NCBI GenBank assembly: GCA_963842525.1
Contig: CAWJGT010000003.1
Location: 1,664,001 to 1,728,000, forward strand
DNA from: an uncultured Holophagales bacterium
Lineage (GTDB): Bacteria > Acidobacteriota > Thermoanaerobaculia > Multivoradales > UBA5704
Direction of reading: 5' to 3'
DNA length: 64,000 nt
Shown here: piece by piece, positions 16,053 to 25,596 of the stretch
How positions within the stretch are numbered: the first letter of the stretch is position 1
Layout: the number at the start of each line of letters is the position of its first letter
Notes under the pieces: generated by a model
Told to the model about the DNA's origin: nothing
What the model saw: only the letters and a program-made list of their open reading frames with translations
The model's database searches: none
Position numbers and translations under genes: made by a program

Positions 16053-17351
16053 CTAGTAGGTCTCGTGCTTGTGGGGGCCGGCGGACCAGACGATCTGCAG
16101 GCTGAACCGCTTCTCGGAGTCGCCGCTCAGGTCATCTTTCAGGAAGCCGTACTCGCCGCGCAGGCGGACGAACTCGCTCTGCCACCAGGTCAGGCTCGGG
16201 AAGAGTCCCCAGACCACGTGGTCCGCGTCGAACGGGTCTTCCACCCGGTCGTAGCGCAGGCCGGCGTAGAGGTTCTGCCGCAGGAGCCCTTCGAGATAGG
16301 TGTAGCCGCCCCAGGCCTTGTTGCGGATCCCCTCTGCGTCGTCCCGTTCGGAGCGCAGCAGCTCGGTCCGCCAGGTGATTTCGCGGTAAAGGGCCTTGTC
16401 CGGTGGCTGCCAGTGGACGGTGAAGTCCGTGCCCCAGACCCGGCTGTCGCCGCCGGAACCGTTGCCGCCGGCAGCGCCGGACAGGCCCAGCTCGACATAG
16501 GTCGCCGGGTTGACGTCCCAGTAGTTCTTGAGGTGGGCAAGCCCGACGAGGCGCTGGAACGACTCGCCGCCGAAGGCCTCGTTCTCGCCATCGGTCAGCT
16601 CCAGGGTCAGCTCGTTGGCCGTCGCCCACGGCCGCGGGAGCAGCCAGGTGGCGGAGAGGCCGGTCTGCGCCAGCCCCTCGGCCCCGAAGTAGGTCTGGAG
16701 CGCGAGCGGATAGTCGAGCTGGGGGAGAGCGTGCAGGTGCCAGCGGTTGAGGAGGCCGAAATTCTGGCGGAGCTTGCCCGCCGTGAGCGAGAGGCCGCCG
16801 CGCAGCCCGGCATAGGTGACGTATGCCTCTTCGATGTCCACCCCCTCCTCGGGATTGAACGAGAGGGTCCATTTGGTCAGCGAGAAGGGATCGAGAGCCG
16901 ACTGGAAATTCAGCTCGAGCTCGCGGGCATTGAAATCCTCGGGTCCCTGGTCGGTCGTGAAGCCGACGACGTCGCCGGTGATCGAGATCTCCGGGTTCAG
17001 CCGGTTGAGGTTCCGCTCGCCGCCCGCGGCCACCACCGGCTGGGCCCAGCCTGAGGAAGGCTCCGCGGGCCCTGCCTCCGGGCCTGCCGCTTCGGCCGCG
17101 GCGGCGCGCAGGGCTGCCAGCTCATCGTCATCGGACGGCGTGCCGGTCTGGCCGGCGGCCTCCAGCTCGGCGAGCCGCCGTTCGAGGGTGGTGAGCCGAT
17201 CTCCGTATTCCTGTTTCAGCGCATCGATCTCCCGGCGGAGCGCGGTGATCGGGTCCTCGGTCGAGGCCTCCTGGGCCCGCGCTTCCGCGGGAGCCAGGAG
17301 GTACAGCGCACAGATCCCCGCCATCCAAAGGCGGGAGCGTGAAATGAACAT
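16053..17351 (-). CDS. Outer-membrane beta-barrel/porin of metal-uptake operons
   Basis: Signal peptide and coiled coil, then LNPEISITGD, RELELNFQSALDPF, IEEAY, FGLLNRWHLH, SEFVRLRGEY and a His-containing tail GPHKHETY. Confidence 0.7.
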   Translation of the reverse strand: MFISRSRLWMAGICALYLLAPAEARAQEASTEDPITALRREIDALKQEYGDRLTTLERRLAELEAAGQTGTPSDDDELAALRAAAAEAAGPEAGPAEPSSGWAQPVVAAGGERNLNRLNPEISITGDVVGFTTDQGPEDFNARELELNFQSALDPFSLTKWTLSFNPEEGVDIEEAYVTYAGLRGGLSLTAGKLRQNFGLLNRWHLHALPQLDYPLALQTYFGAEGLAQTGLSATWLLPRPWATANELTLELTDGENEAFGGESFQRLVGLAHLKNYWDVNPATYVELGLSGAAGGNGSGGDSRVWGTDFTVHWQPPDKALYREITWRTELLRSERDDAEGIRNKAWGGYTYLEGLLRQNLYAGLRYDRVEDPFDADHVVWGLFPSLTWWQSEFVRLRGEYGFLKDDLSGDSEKRFSLQIVWSAGPHKHETY

Positions 17352-17446
17352 GCTCGTTCTCTCCTCCAGTGAACGTCCCGCCTGCGGGCACCGTGGTGCC
17401 GCAGACGTCGTCGTGGTCGTCACCCGCGGGCGGGTGGACGGCCGCT

Positions 17447-17839
17447 CTAGGACGCGAGGAGGGAGGCCGGCGGGGCCCGGGCGGGGCCGAGCTCGACAGG
17501 GATCTTCGGGGCGATCTGCTCCGTTGCGACGGAGGCCGTCCCCAGCGGGATCGGCAGGGGAAGAGGCTCCGGCGCCGTGAGGTATGAGCCGCCCTGTACC
17601 TGCAGCAGGCAGGCTGTGCACCCGGGATGGTGCTCGATCCGGGAGCCCTCGAAGTGGATCGGGTCGCCTGGGTGTTGGGCGCCGTGGTCGATCTCGACGC
17701 CGGAGGGGGGGCCGGAATGCTCCGCGACGGAAGCGTGGGGGACGGCTACGCCGACGGCCAGGGCCACGCCCAGGGCCAGGGCGAGCAGGGCCCGGTTCCA
17801 TGAGAAGGGGGCCGGGGTCAATGCGCGGCGGCTCGGCAC
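17447..17839 (-). CDS. DUF2946-like leader protein (TM, His-rich, CxxC, C-terminal RAPP)
   Basis: Hydrophobic N-terminus, HHPGCTAC and GPARAPP near the C-terminus; first gene of the metal-uptake operon. Confidence 0.7.
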   Translation of the reverse strand: MPSRRALTPAPFSWNRALLALALGVALAVGVAVPHASVAEHSGPPSGVEIDHGAQHPGDPIHFEGSRIEHHPGCTACLLQVQGGSYLTAPEPLPLPIPLGTASVATEQIAPKIPVELGPARAPPASLLAS

Positions 17840-17908
17840 GGTCAGATCATAACAGACGAGGGGCCTGTCTCCGGGATCTGCAACAAGCCGGCGCGGCGGC
17901 GGATTCCG

Positions 17909-19039
17909 TCACGCCGCCGCTTGCGCGTGCCGCTTCTCTTCGGCCAGGCGCAGGAAGGCCGCGATCCGCAACGCCTCGTTGATGTCGTCCCGGTTGACCA
18001 GGCCGAGGAAGCGCTCGCCGTCGAACACGGCGGCGACCGAGGCGTTGCGCTCCGAGAGGACCTCCTGCGCCTGGTCCAGGGTCTGGCCGGCGTCGAGGCG
18101 GACGACGTCGCGGCTCATCACGCCGGTGACATAGCCGTCCGCGTCGCCGGTGAGCAGCGCCTGGAGGGCGGCATCCCGCGTCACGACGCCCAACAGCCGC
18201 CCGCCGTGGACGACGGCGAAATCGGGCTGGTAGCTGGTCAGCAGGTAGTCGATCACCCGGTGGACCGGATCGACCGGCTGCAGGAGCAGCGCATGCTTGT
18301 TGTAGGCGTCCCCGAGCCGCAGGGTCGAGAGCAGGGCTCGCGCCTCCTCGGCCGCCCGCTCCTGGCCCGCCCCCACGAAGACGAAGAAGGCCACCATCGC
18401 CAACAGGATTTGCCCCTGGAAGATGGCAAAGAGGCCGAGCCCGAGCGCCAGGAGCTGGCCGATGACGGTCGCCACCCGGGTGGCGCGCATGTAGCCGAGG
18501 AACATGGCGAGGATCGCCCGCAGCATGCGCCCGCCGTCCATCGGGAACGCCGGGATCAGGTTGAAGAGGACCAGCGTGACGTTGGCGGCGAGGAGCCAGT
18601 GGAGGAAGGTGGCCGCCGAAGGGCCCGCCTGGCTCAGGCTGACGAGCTCGCGACCGTCGAATGACAGCCGGCCGCTCGCTCCCAGAGCGAAAGCCAGGAC
18701 GATGGCGATCACCACGTTGACCAGCGGACCCGCGACCGCGATGAGCAGCTCGTGCATTGGGCGGCGCGGGATGCGGCCGAGCAGCGCCACGCCGCCGATG
18801 GGCAGCAGGATGATCTCGCGCACCTCCACCCCCAGCCGCTGGGCCACCAGGCTATGGCCGAGCTCGTGGAGCACCACGCAGGCGAAGAGCGTCGCCATCA
18901 GGAGGGCGCCGAACGCCGCTCCGCGCGCTCCCCAGGGGTTGGCCCACTGGAACGCTCCCAGAATCAGGATGAGCGGGAACGTGAAATGGATCTTGATGTC
19001 GATCCCGGCAATGCGCAGGAGGCGGTACGAGCTCTTCAT
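17909..19039 (-). CDS. Site-2 protease (M50) with CBS domains
   Basis: HELGH, AGPLVN, FNLIPAFPMDGGR and a C-terminal CBS pair. Confidence 0.93.
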   Translation of the reverse strand: MKSSYRLLRIAGIDIKIHFTFPLILILGAFQWANPWGARGAAFGALLMATLFACVVLHELGHSLVAQRLGVEVREIILLPIGGVALLGRIPRRPMHELLIAVAGPLVNVVIAIVLAFALGASGRLSFDGRELVSLSQAGPSAATFLHWLLAANVTLVLFNLIPAFPMDGGRMLRAILAMFLGYMRATRVATVIGQLLALGLGLFAIFQGQILLAMVAFFVFVGAGQERAAEEARALLSTLRLGDAYNKHALLLQPVDPVHRVIDYLLTSYQPDFAVVHGGRLLGVVTRDAALQALLTGDADGYVTGVMSRDVVRLDAGQTLDQAQEVLSERNASVAAVFDGERFLGLVNRDDINEALRIAAFLRLAEEKRHAQAAA

Positions 19040-20001
19040 CCTTCCATCTCCTCAGCCTTCGGCAGGCGCTCGATGCGGGCGGCCTCCTCGCGCCGGCTCT
19101 TCCACAGGGAGGCCGCGACGGCGGCGGCGAGCAGGAACGCGATCACCAGCAGCGACACGGACGAAGGGATCTTGTAGAGGTCGGCCAGGGTCATCTTGGT
19201 CCCTACGAACACCAGGACCCCGGAGAGCCCGAGCTTCAGGTAGACGAACTTCTGGATCACGCCGGCCAGCACGAAATAGAGCGAGCGCAGGCCGAGGATG
19301 GCGAACACGTTCGAGGTGTAGACGAGGAACGGATCGAGCGTCACGGCGAAGATCGCCGGGATCGAATCGACGGCGAACACCAGGTCGGTGGTCTCGACGA
19401 GCACGAGCACGAGGAAAAGCGGCGTGGCCATCCTCCGGCCGCCTTCGCGGACGAAGAAATGGCCCTCCCGGTAGCCCGAGGTCACCGGCACCAGCCGGCG
19501 CACCAGCTTGAGCACCGGGTTGTGCTCGGGATGGATCTCGGAGTCGCGCGTAACCGCCATTTTGACCCCGGTGAGGATGAGGAAGGCGCCGAAGACGTAG
19601 ATGATCCAGTGGAAGGACTCGATCAGCGCCGTGCCGGCCAGGATGAAGGCGGCCCGCATCACCAGCGCTCCCAGGATACCCCAGAAGAGCACCCGGTGCT
19701 GGTAGACCGGCCGGACCGCGAAGTAGCCGAAGATCAGCGCCATGACGAAGATGTTGTCGACGCTCAGCGACTTCTCGATCAGGTAGCCGGTGAGGAACTG
19801 CAGGGCCGGCTCGGAGCCGCGGAACCACCAGATCCCGGCGTTGAAGAGCAGCGCCATTGTCACCCAGACGCAGCTCCAGACCGTGGCCTCCCGGATCGAG
19901 ACCTCGTGGGACTTGCGGTGGAAGACCCCCAGGTCGAGGGCCAGCATGGCGAGGATGAAGAGGTTGAACCCTACCCAGAGCCACAGGGAGGTGTCGGACA
20001 T
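19036..20001 (-). CDS. TerC family membrane protein (Alx-like)
   Basis: Motifs LALDLGVFHRK, GYLIEKSLSVDNIFV, QHRVLFWGILGA, ETTDLVFAVDSIPA and YTSNVFAILGLRSLYF. Confidence 0.93.
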   Translation of the reverse strand: MSDTSLWLWVGFNLFILAMLALDLGVFHRKSHEVSIREATVWSCVWVTMALLFNAGIWWFRGSEPALQFLTGYLIEKSLSVDNIFVMALIFGYFAVRPVYQHRVLFWGILGALVMRAAFILAGTALIESFHWIIYVFGAFLILTGVKMAVTRDSEIHPEHNPVLKLVRRLVPVTSGYREGHFFVREGGRRMATPLFLVLVLVETTDLVFAVDSIPAIFAVTLDPFLVYTSNVFAILGLRSLYFVLAGVIQKFVYLKLGLSGVLVFVGTKMTLADLYKIPSSVSLLVIAFLLAAAVAASLWKSRREEAARIERLPKAEEMEG

Positions 20002-20070
20002 GAGCCCATCTCCTTTCCGAGACGGGCCGTGGGGGAGAAAGGCGAAACCCCACGGCACGGTTGACGTGTC

Positions 20071-20185
20071 GTGGTGGTCTCGCCGAGAGAGCTGTCAAAG
20101 CCTCTCCCGGACGACCGGGGGCGTGAGCCCCGTCTTGACGGCCGCCCGTCCCGGGGACGTCCCCGGGCGGCTACTCCCCACCGTT
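20071..20185 (-). ncRNA. yybP-ykoY (Mn2+) riboswitch
   Basis: The minus strand has GGTGGGGAGTAGC...CGTCAAGAC...GGCGAGACCACC in canonical order directly upstream of a TerC/Alx gene. Confidence 0.85.
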
Positions 20186-20299
20186 AGGTGCAAGAGTATA
20201 CAGGCAGGGAAAATTCCGGCCGGGGATGAGTCATGGGCGGGAGGACGACCCGGTTCTGCACGATCGTCGACCCGCCCGACATGCCGCCCTGCTGCGCCC

Positions 20300-20809
20300 C
20301 TACCGGGACTCCGTGCCCTCCGCGGTCCACAGGAGCCTGCCGGCCTCGCGGAGCGCGATGCCTCCGGCGGCTTCGAGGAGATGGGCGAGGGCCTCGGGGG
20401 AGCGCAGGAGGCACTCCGCCACGTGCATCGCATCCCGCAGGTTCTCGTCGAACAGGCGCAGGTGCCCTTCGACCTCGCCCCCCAGGCTCTCCAGGGCGAA
20501 GCCGTCGGGGTCCGGCTCCAGGTGCAGCCGCAGCAGCGGGTCGCGCCCCGTGCCCGGCAGGACCGCGGTGGCCAGCAAGGCCCGCTCGCGACGGCGGAAG
20601 GTGGCGACCGGGACATCGCCCCGTTCCGGGCTCTGACCCCGGCGAAACACCCCCCAGCCGCTGCCGGGCATCGGCTGCGCCACCCAAGTTCCGGCCGCCT
20701 CGGCTTCGGCCGCCGTCACCGGCTCGTCGAGGCGGTCCACCGCGGCCAGGAACGTCTCGTCGAAGGCGTTGGCGGGAAGTGGGGTGGCCCCGTTTCGTTC
20801 GCTGCTCAT
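20300..20809 (-). CDS. Hypothetical protein, paralog 2 of the three-copy family
   Basis: NAFDETFL...LDEPVTAAEAEAAGTW, AVLPGTGR, GHLRLFD and LLRSPEALAHLLEAAG; GGAGGG RBS before ATG 20809. Confidence 0.8.
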   Translation of the reverse strand: MSSERNGATPLPANAFDETFLAAVDRLDEPVTAAEAEAAGTWVAQPMPGSGWGVFRRGQSPERGDVPVATFRRRERALLATAVLPGTGRDPLLRLHLEPDPDGFALESLGGEVEGHLRLFDENLRDAMHVAECLLRSPEALAHLLEAAGGIALREAGRLLWTAEGTESR

Positions 20810-21041
20810 GGATTGATCCCTCCTCTGCGTCGGGCCCGGTCGAGGCCGTTCCTCCCTGGGCCGGTTGTGTGTTCGGCCGGCGATACTCCACCCTGCGTCG
20901 CCAGGGCCGGCGGAAACGTTACGGACTGCGTTAGACTTCGCCACGCGAGACAACTTCTGCGTCACGGAAATCATACGCCCTGTTTACGCCATGTGCAAGG
21001 GGTGCAATGGCGCGGATTCCGGACACGCCGAGGACCGGCCC

Positions 21042-22049
21042 ATGAGCGACATCCATCCCGATCCGGAGACCCTGGCGCGCTACGTGCGCGGCGAGCTTGG
21101 CCGTGACCCGCGCCGGGAGCTGGAGCGGCACCTGATGGGATGTTCCGCCTGCCAGAAGGCGGCCGACGAGATCCAGGCCGAGCCCGGCCAGGCCGGCGTC
21201 GTCCGTTGGCTGGGGCACCGGTTCGAGGAACGCCGGGCGCGTTGGGAGGACCGGAAGGAGCGGAAAGAGAACCTGGGCGGGGTGATGCGCGGGCTCGGCA
21301 ACCTCGTCGGAGCCTTCGCCGAAAAGCGGGTCCTGGAGCTGCTCCGCGCCTCCGAGCACGAGCGGCGGGCACTGATCCGGGACGAGGCGGAGGTCCGGAC
21401 GCTCCCCGTCTGCGAGCTGCTGGAGGCACGCTGCCGCGAGGCCTGGCTCGATGATCCGGAGGAGGCGGTGGAGCTCGCCAAGCTCGCCTTGCGCATCGCC
21501 GAGCGGCTGGACCCCGGCACCTACGGGGCCGAGCGGGTCGAGCACGCCAAGGCCCTGGCCTGGGTGCACCTCGGCAACTCCTATCGCATCGCTTCGGCGG
21601 GCCGGCGCCCGTCCCGTCCGGCCCTGGGGATCGCCGAGGACCGGAGGGGCCGGTCCGGAGAGGACGACGCCTACCCGGAGATCGTGCCGCGGCGCTTCTC
21701 GGTGAGGGAACGGCCGGCCGCCAGCACGGAGGCCGAGACCGCTCTCTGGGAGCTGCGCGATGCCTTCCTCGAGCGCGGGCTGGGCTTCGACGCGGCCCTG
21801 GTGACCCTCGAGCTCGCCATGGCCCTCCTGCGGCAGGGGAGGGAGGGGGAGGTCCGGGACCTGGCCGTGGAGACGGTGGCTCTCTTCGAGGAGCGCGAGG
21901 CCCAGCCCTACGCGACCGATGCGATGCGGTTCCTGCGCGATGCCGCGCTGCGGGAGGGGACGCCCTTGAGGCCGGACCTCCTGGTCCGGATGGTGGAGCT
22001 CCTCCAGCACCAGCGGAACGACCCGCGGCACCGGAAAGACGAGAGATAG
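21042..22049 (+). CDS. Hypothetical protein with N-terminal zf-HC2-like motif and TPR-like helices
   Basis: HPDPETLARY...ERHLMGCSACQ, followed by helical repeats EAVELAKLALRIAERL and AWVHLGNSYRI. Divergent from paralog 2. Confidence 0.7.
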   Translation: MSDIHPDPETLARYVRGELGRDPRRELERHLMGCSACQKAADEIQAEPGQAGVVRWLGHRFEERRARWEDRKERKENLGGVMRGLGNLVGAFAEKRVLELLRASEHERRALIRDEAEVRTLPVCELLEARCREAWLDDPEEAVELAKLALRIAERLDPGTYGAERVEHAKALAWVHLGNSYRIASAGRRPSRPALGIAEDRRGRSGEDDAYPEIVPRRFSVRERPAASTEAETALWELRDAFLERGLGFDAALVTLELAMALLRQGREGEVRDLAVETVALFEEREAQPYATDAMRFLRDAALREGTPLRPDLLVRMVELLQHQRNDPRHRKDER

Positions 22050-22053
22050 CGAG

Positions 22054-22113
22054 GCCCCCTCCCCCGACCCCTCCCCCGCGCGACCACCGCACCCCACCCC
22101 GAGCGGGAGAGGG
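22054..22113. repeat. Degenerate REP-like half element
   Basis: CCCCCTCCCCCGACCCCTCCCCCGC...GCGGGAGAGGG. Confidence 0.55.
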
Positions 22114-22210
22114 CGCCTTCACCCACCCTCGAAACACCCTCTGTGATAGAGTCTTTCAAATAGTTGTTCATGCGAGTTGTTCATGCGGTCGTTGGCGGGA
22201 AGGTCCCAAG

Positions 22211-24493
22211 ATGCGCAAATCGTCCGGGGTACTGCTGCTGCTCTGCCTTGCCGGCGCCTTCGCTGCCGGCGCGCAGGGGCAGGAGGGGCGCTGGCCCTCT
22301 CTCGAACAGCAGCTCGCCGCCGGCCGCGTGGTCGTCGACAGCCCTCTCCAGCGCCTGATCGAGGACAACCAGGACGTCTCGCTCCTCCGGCCGCAGGAGG
22401 CGGACGACCTCATCCCGGTGCCGCTCTGGCTGCGGGTGCTCTGGCGCAGGTCGCACCCTGAGGGCGCTTTCGCGGCGGATGATCCCACCGGGGGCTATCC
22501 CCTGGCCCTCAAAGAGGTCCACGAGTGGATGCTCTCTCACCAGGACCTGCTGCCGGGCTTCTCCGAGCCGGCCCGGGCGCCGCGGGGCAAGGCCTCGGCG
22601 CGGGCCGACCTGCGGATCTCGGGCTCCTCGCCGAGCCCGCGCAGCGAGTCCGACATCCGGGTCAACTACCAGGACCCGAACAAGATCGTCGCGGCGTCCA
22701 ACAACATCGAAGAGAGCGGGCAGCAGGCGCAGTACTGGTCGACCGACGGCGGACGCACCTGGGGGCAGACGTTCCTGCCTTTCGCCCCTGACGACTCCTT
22801 CCACACCGATCCCACCGTGGACTGGACCTCCGACGGCACCGCGTGGGCGACCACGATCGGCGTCGCCATTTTCGGCAGCGAGCTGCGCCTGCGTCTTTAC
22901 AAGTCGACCGACTCCGGGGCCACCTGGTCCTTCGACAGCACCATCTCGGGCGCGCAGACCGCGACCGACAAGCAGATGGCCTGGATCGACCACAGCCCCG
23001 CCTCGCCGTACCGGGACACGATCTACGCGACCTGGCACAACGACGAGCCGGTCTATGTGAGCTCCAAACGGCCCGGAGCCGGCTGGGGCGCGCCGATCCG
23101 GGTGAGCGGCGCCGAGACCACCGGGACCGGGATCGGAGGCGACGTCAAGACCAACGGCGCGGGCCACGTCTTCGTCCTCTGGCCGGACACCGGCAGCCGC
23201 AGGATCTACCTGGTGAAGTCGACCGACGGCGGCGTTTCCTTTTCAAAGCCGGCCGCGGTCGCCGGCACCTTTGACGGCTACGACATCGGGGTGCCGGCGC
23301 AGAACAACCGGCGGGCGCTGGTCTACGTCTCGGCTGGCGCCTGGCGGACGGCGGCCAAGGACCTGGTCTATGCCGCGTGGACCGACCTCGCCGGCTCCGC
23401 GGGCTGCACCGTCGCGACCCACGAGCCGGTCGGCAACGCCGGATCGGCCTGCAAGACGCGGATCTGGTTCGCACGCTCCACCGACGGCGGCGCCACCTGG
23501 AGCACCCGGAAGATGATCAACAACCAGGCCGGGAAGAACGACCAGCTCAACCAGGCCCTGGTGGTGGACGAGGCGACCGGGGCCGTGGCCGTCGCCTACT
23601 ACGACACGGTGGGAGACCCGGCGCGGAAGAAGACGAACATCTGGTACCAGTCCTCCCATGACGACGGTCTGACCTGGAGCGCCCCGTTCAAGGTGACCAC
23701 GGCGCCGAGCGACGAGACGGGCGCCGGCGCCGACCATGGGAACCAGTACGGCGACTACATGGGCCTGAGCGGCTACGCCGGGCTCTTCTTCCCGGCGTGG
23801 ACCGACCGCCGTACCAGCGGGCCGGAGGAGATCTGGACCGCGGCCCTCGTGGATGCGCCCGCCGCCTGTACGGCGAAGACCCTCTTCCACGACGGCTTCG
23901 AGAGCGCGAGCGGCCTCGCCGGCTGGGTCCGCAGGTCCTTCGTCCCGAAGGGTGGGATCGGCGACTGGCGCGGGGTCCGGGCCTGCCTGGCGAAAGAGGG
24001 AGGGAGGGTCTTCCGCTTCGGCGGCAACGGCTGCCAGAGCAACTACGGCAACAACCGCTTCGCCTATGCGCAGCCCGGCGGAGCGTCCGGCATCGCGATC
24101 CCGGCGGGAGCGAGCAAGGTGCGGCTCTCCTTCTGGCACCGGCACCGGTTCGAGAGCGGCGCCGACGGCGGCACCCTGGCGGTGTCGCTGGACGGCGCGA
24201 AGTACCAGCTCCTTCCGGACCGGGTCATCCTCTCCGGCGCCACCTTCAACGGCACGGCCCAGGGCACCTGCGCGCCCGCGGGCGCCAAGGGGGCGAGGAT
24301 CTTCACCGGGGTGCGGAGCTCGTTCGTGAGCACGGTGGTCGATCTCGACGCGGCCTGCGACCTGATCACCGGCAGCTCCGGGGGCTGTGCCGGCCGCTCG
24401 GTGCGCATCGCCTTCGCGGCGATCGCCGACTGCCGGTCGAGCGACGACGGGTGGTCGCTCGACGACGTGGCCGTGACAGCGTGCGTACCTTAG
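22211..24493 (+). CDS. Secreted BNR/Asp-box (sialidase-like beta-propeller) protein
   Basis: Signal peptide, five S.D.G.(T/S)(W/F) Asp-boxes, YGDYMGL and a Cys-containing C-terminal beta domain. Confidence 0.85.
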   Translation: MRKSSGVLLLLCLAGAFAAGAQGQEGRWPSLEQQLAAGRVVVDSPLQRLIEDNQDVSLLRPQEADDLIPVPLWLRVLWRRSHPEGAFAADDPTGGYPLALKEVHEWMLSHQDLLPGFSEPARAPRGKASARADLRISGSSPSPRSESDIRVNYQDPNKIVAASNNIEESGQQAQYWSTDGGRTWGQTFLPFAPDDSFHTDPTVDWTSDGTAWATTIGVAIFGSELRLRLYKSTDSGATWSFDSTISGAQTATDKQMAWIDHSPASPYRDTIYATWHNDEPVYVSSKRPGAGWGAPIRVSGAETTGTGIGGDVKTNGAGHVFVLWPDTGSRRIYLVKSTDGGVSFSKPAAVAGTFDGYDIGVPAQNNRRALVYVSAGAWRTAAKDLVYAAWTDLAGSAGCTVATHEPVGNAGSACKTRIWFARSTDGGATWSTRKMINNQAGKNDQLNQALVVDEATGAVAVAYYDTVGDPARKKTNIWYQSSHDDGLTWSAPFKVTTAPSDETGAGADHGNQYGDYMGLSGYAGLFFPAWTDRRTSGPEEIWTAALVDAPAACTAKTLFHDGFESASGLAGWVRRSFVPKGGIGDWRGVRACLAKEGGRVFRFGGNGCQSNYGNNRFAYAQPGGASGIAIPAGASKVRLSFWHRHRFESGADGGTLAVSLDGAKYQLLPDRVILSGATFNGTAQGTCAPAGAKGARIFTGVRSSFVSTVVDLDAACDLITGSSGGCAGRSVRIAFAAIADCRSSDDGWSLDDVAVTACVP

Positions 24494-25491
24494 ATCCTCA
24501 GTCAGATCCTCATTCGGGGCCTCGCGGACGCTATGCCCCCTCGCCCACCGGGCTGATCCACGTGGGCAATGCGCGGACGGCCCTCGCGGCGTGGCTCTCG
24601 GTGCGCGCGCAGGGCGGCACCTTCGTCTGGCGGCTGGAGGACCTCGATCCACCCCGGGTGGTGCCCGGTATGGCCGCCCTCCAGATGGAGGACCTCGCCT
24701 GGCTGGGCCTGGACTGGGACGAGGGGCCCGACCTGGGCGGCCCTTTCGCCCCCTATATCCAGTCGGATCGGCTGGCCTCCTACGAGGAGGCGCTCGCGCA
24801 GCTCGCCGCGGCCGGCCGGCTCTTCCCCTGCCGGCGGTCGCGCAAGGACCTGCAGTCCCTCGCCTCGGCCCCGCACGGCCCGGAGGGAGGAACGCCGTAT
24901 CCAGCCTCCTTCCGCCCGCAGCGCCTGGAGCCGGACTGGTTCGAGAGGCTCGGCCGCGCAGCGCAGCCGGACGCCGCGGACGCCGCGATCCGCTTCCTCG
25001 TCCACGACCGGGCGGTCGTCTGGCTCGACCTCGTTCAGGGTGAGAGGTCCGAACAGGTCGACCAGACCGTGGGCGACTTCGTCCTCAAGCGCCGCGACGG
25101 CCTCTACGCCTACCAGCTCGCCGTGGTGGTCGACGATCTCGCCATGGGCATCACCGAGGTCGTCCGCGGGGCCGATCTGCTCGACTCGACCGCGCGGCAG
25201 ATCCAGCTTGTCGAAGCCCTCGGAGGGGAGCCCCCTGCCTATGCCCATGTACCGCTCGTGGTCAATGCCCGAGGGGAGAAGCTCTCGAAACGAGACCACG
25301 GGCTGACCCTCCGCTCGCTGCGCGATACGGGCCTTCCGCCGGACGCGGTCTCCGGTTACCTCGCCTTTTCGCTGGGCCTGCTCGACCGGCCCGAGCCGGT
25401 GCCGCCGGGGGAGCTGATCCCATTGTTCTCGTGGCAGCGTGTCCGCAGGGAGGCCTGGGTGCTGCCGGAGGATGTGGATTTCGGGTCCTGA
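24481..25491 (+). CDS. gluQ: tRNA glutamyl-Q(34) synthetase
   Basis: RYAPSPTGLIHVGN, RLEDLD, DFVLKRRDG, YQLAVVVDD, RGADLL and KLSKR; no anticodon-binding domain. The GTG start is approximate. Confidence 0.9.
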   Translation: MRTLDPQSDPHSGPRGRYAPSPTGLIHVGNARTALAAWLSVRAQGGTFVWRLEDLDPPRVVPGMAALQMEDLAWLGLDWDEGPDLGGPFAPYIQSDRLASYEEALAQLAAAGRLFPCRRSRKDLQSLASAPHGPEGGTPYPASFRPQRLEPDWFERLGRAAQPDAADAAIRFLVHDRAVVWLDLVQGERSEQVDQTVGDFVLKRRDGLYAYQLAVVVDDLAMGITEVVRGADLLDSTARQIQLVEALGGEPPAYAHVPLVVNARGEKLSKRDHGLTLRSLRDTGLPPDAVSGYLAFSLGLLDRPEPVPPGELIPLFSWQRVRREAWVLPEDVDFGS

Positions 25492-25596
25492 CCGCGGATC
25501 CGCGGCATCGTTTCGCGGGTGCAGGGACCATGGTCCCCAGGTTAGAGGCCCCCGAAAGATTCCAGCCCCGCACCTTCTGAAGCGGCCGGCCTGCTG

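Noticed and set aside
23797-24480. 228-aa N-terminal extension of GluQ
   Set aside because: It overlaps the Asp-box gene in another frame and is low-complexity; synthetase motifs start only after 24481.
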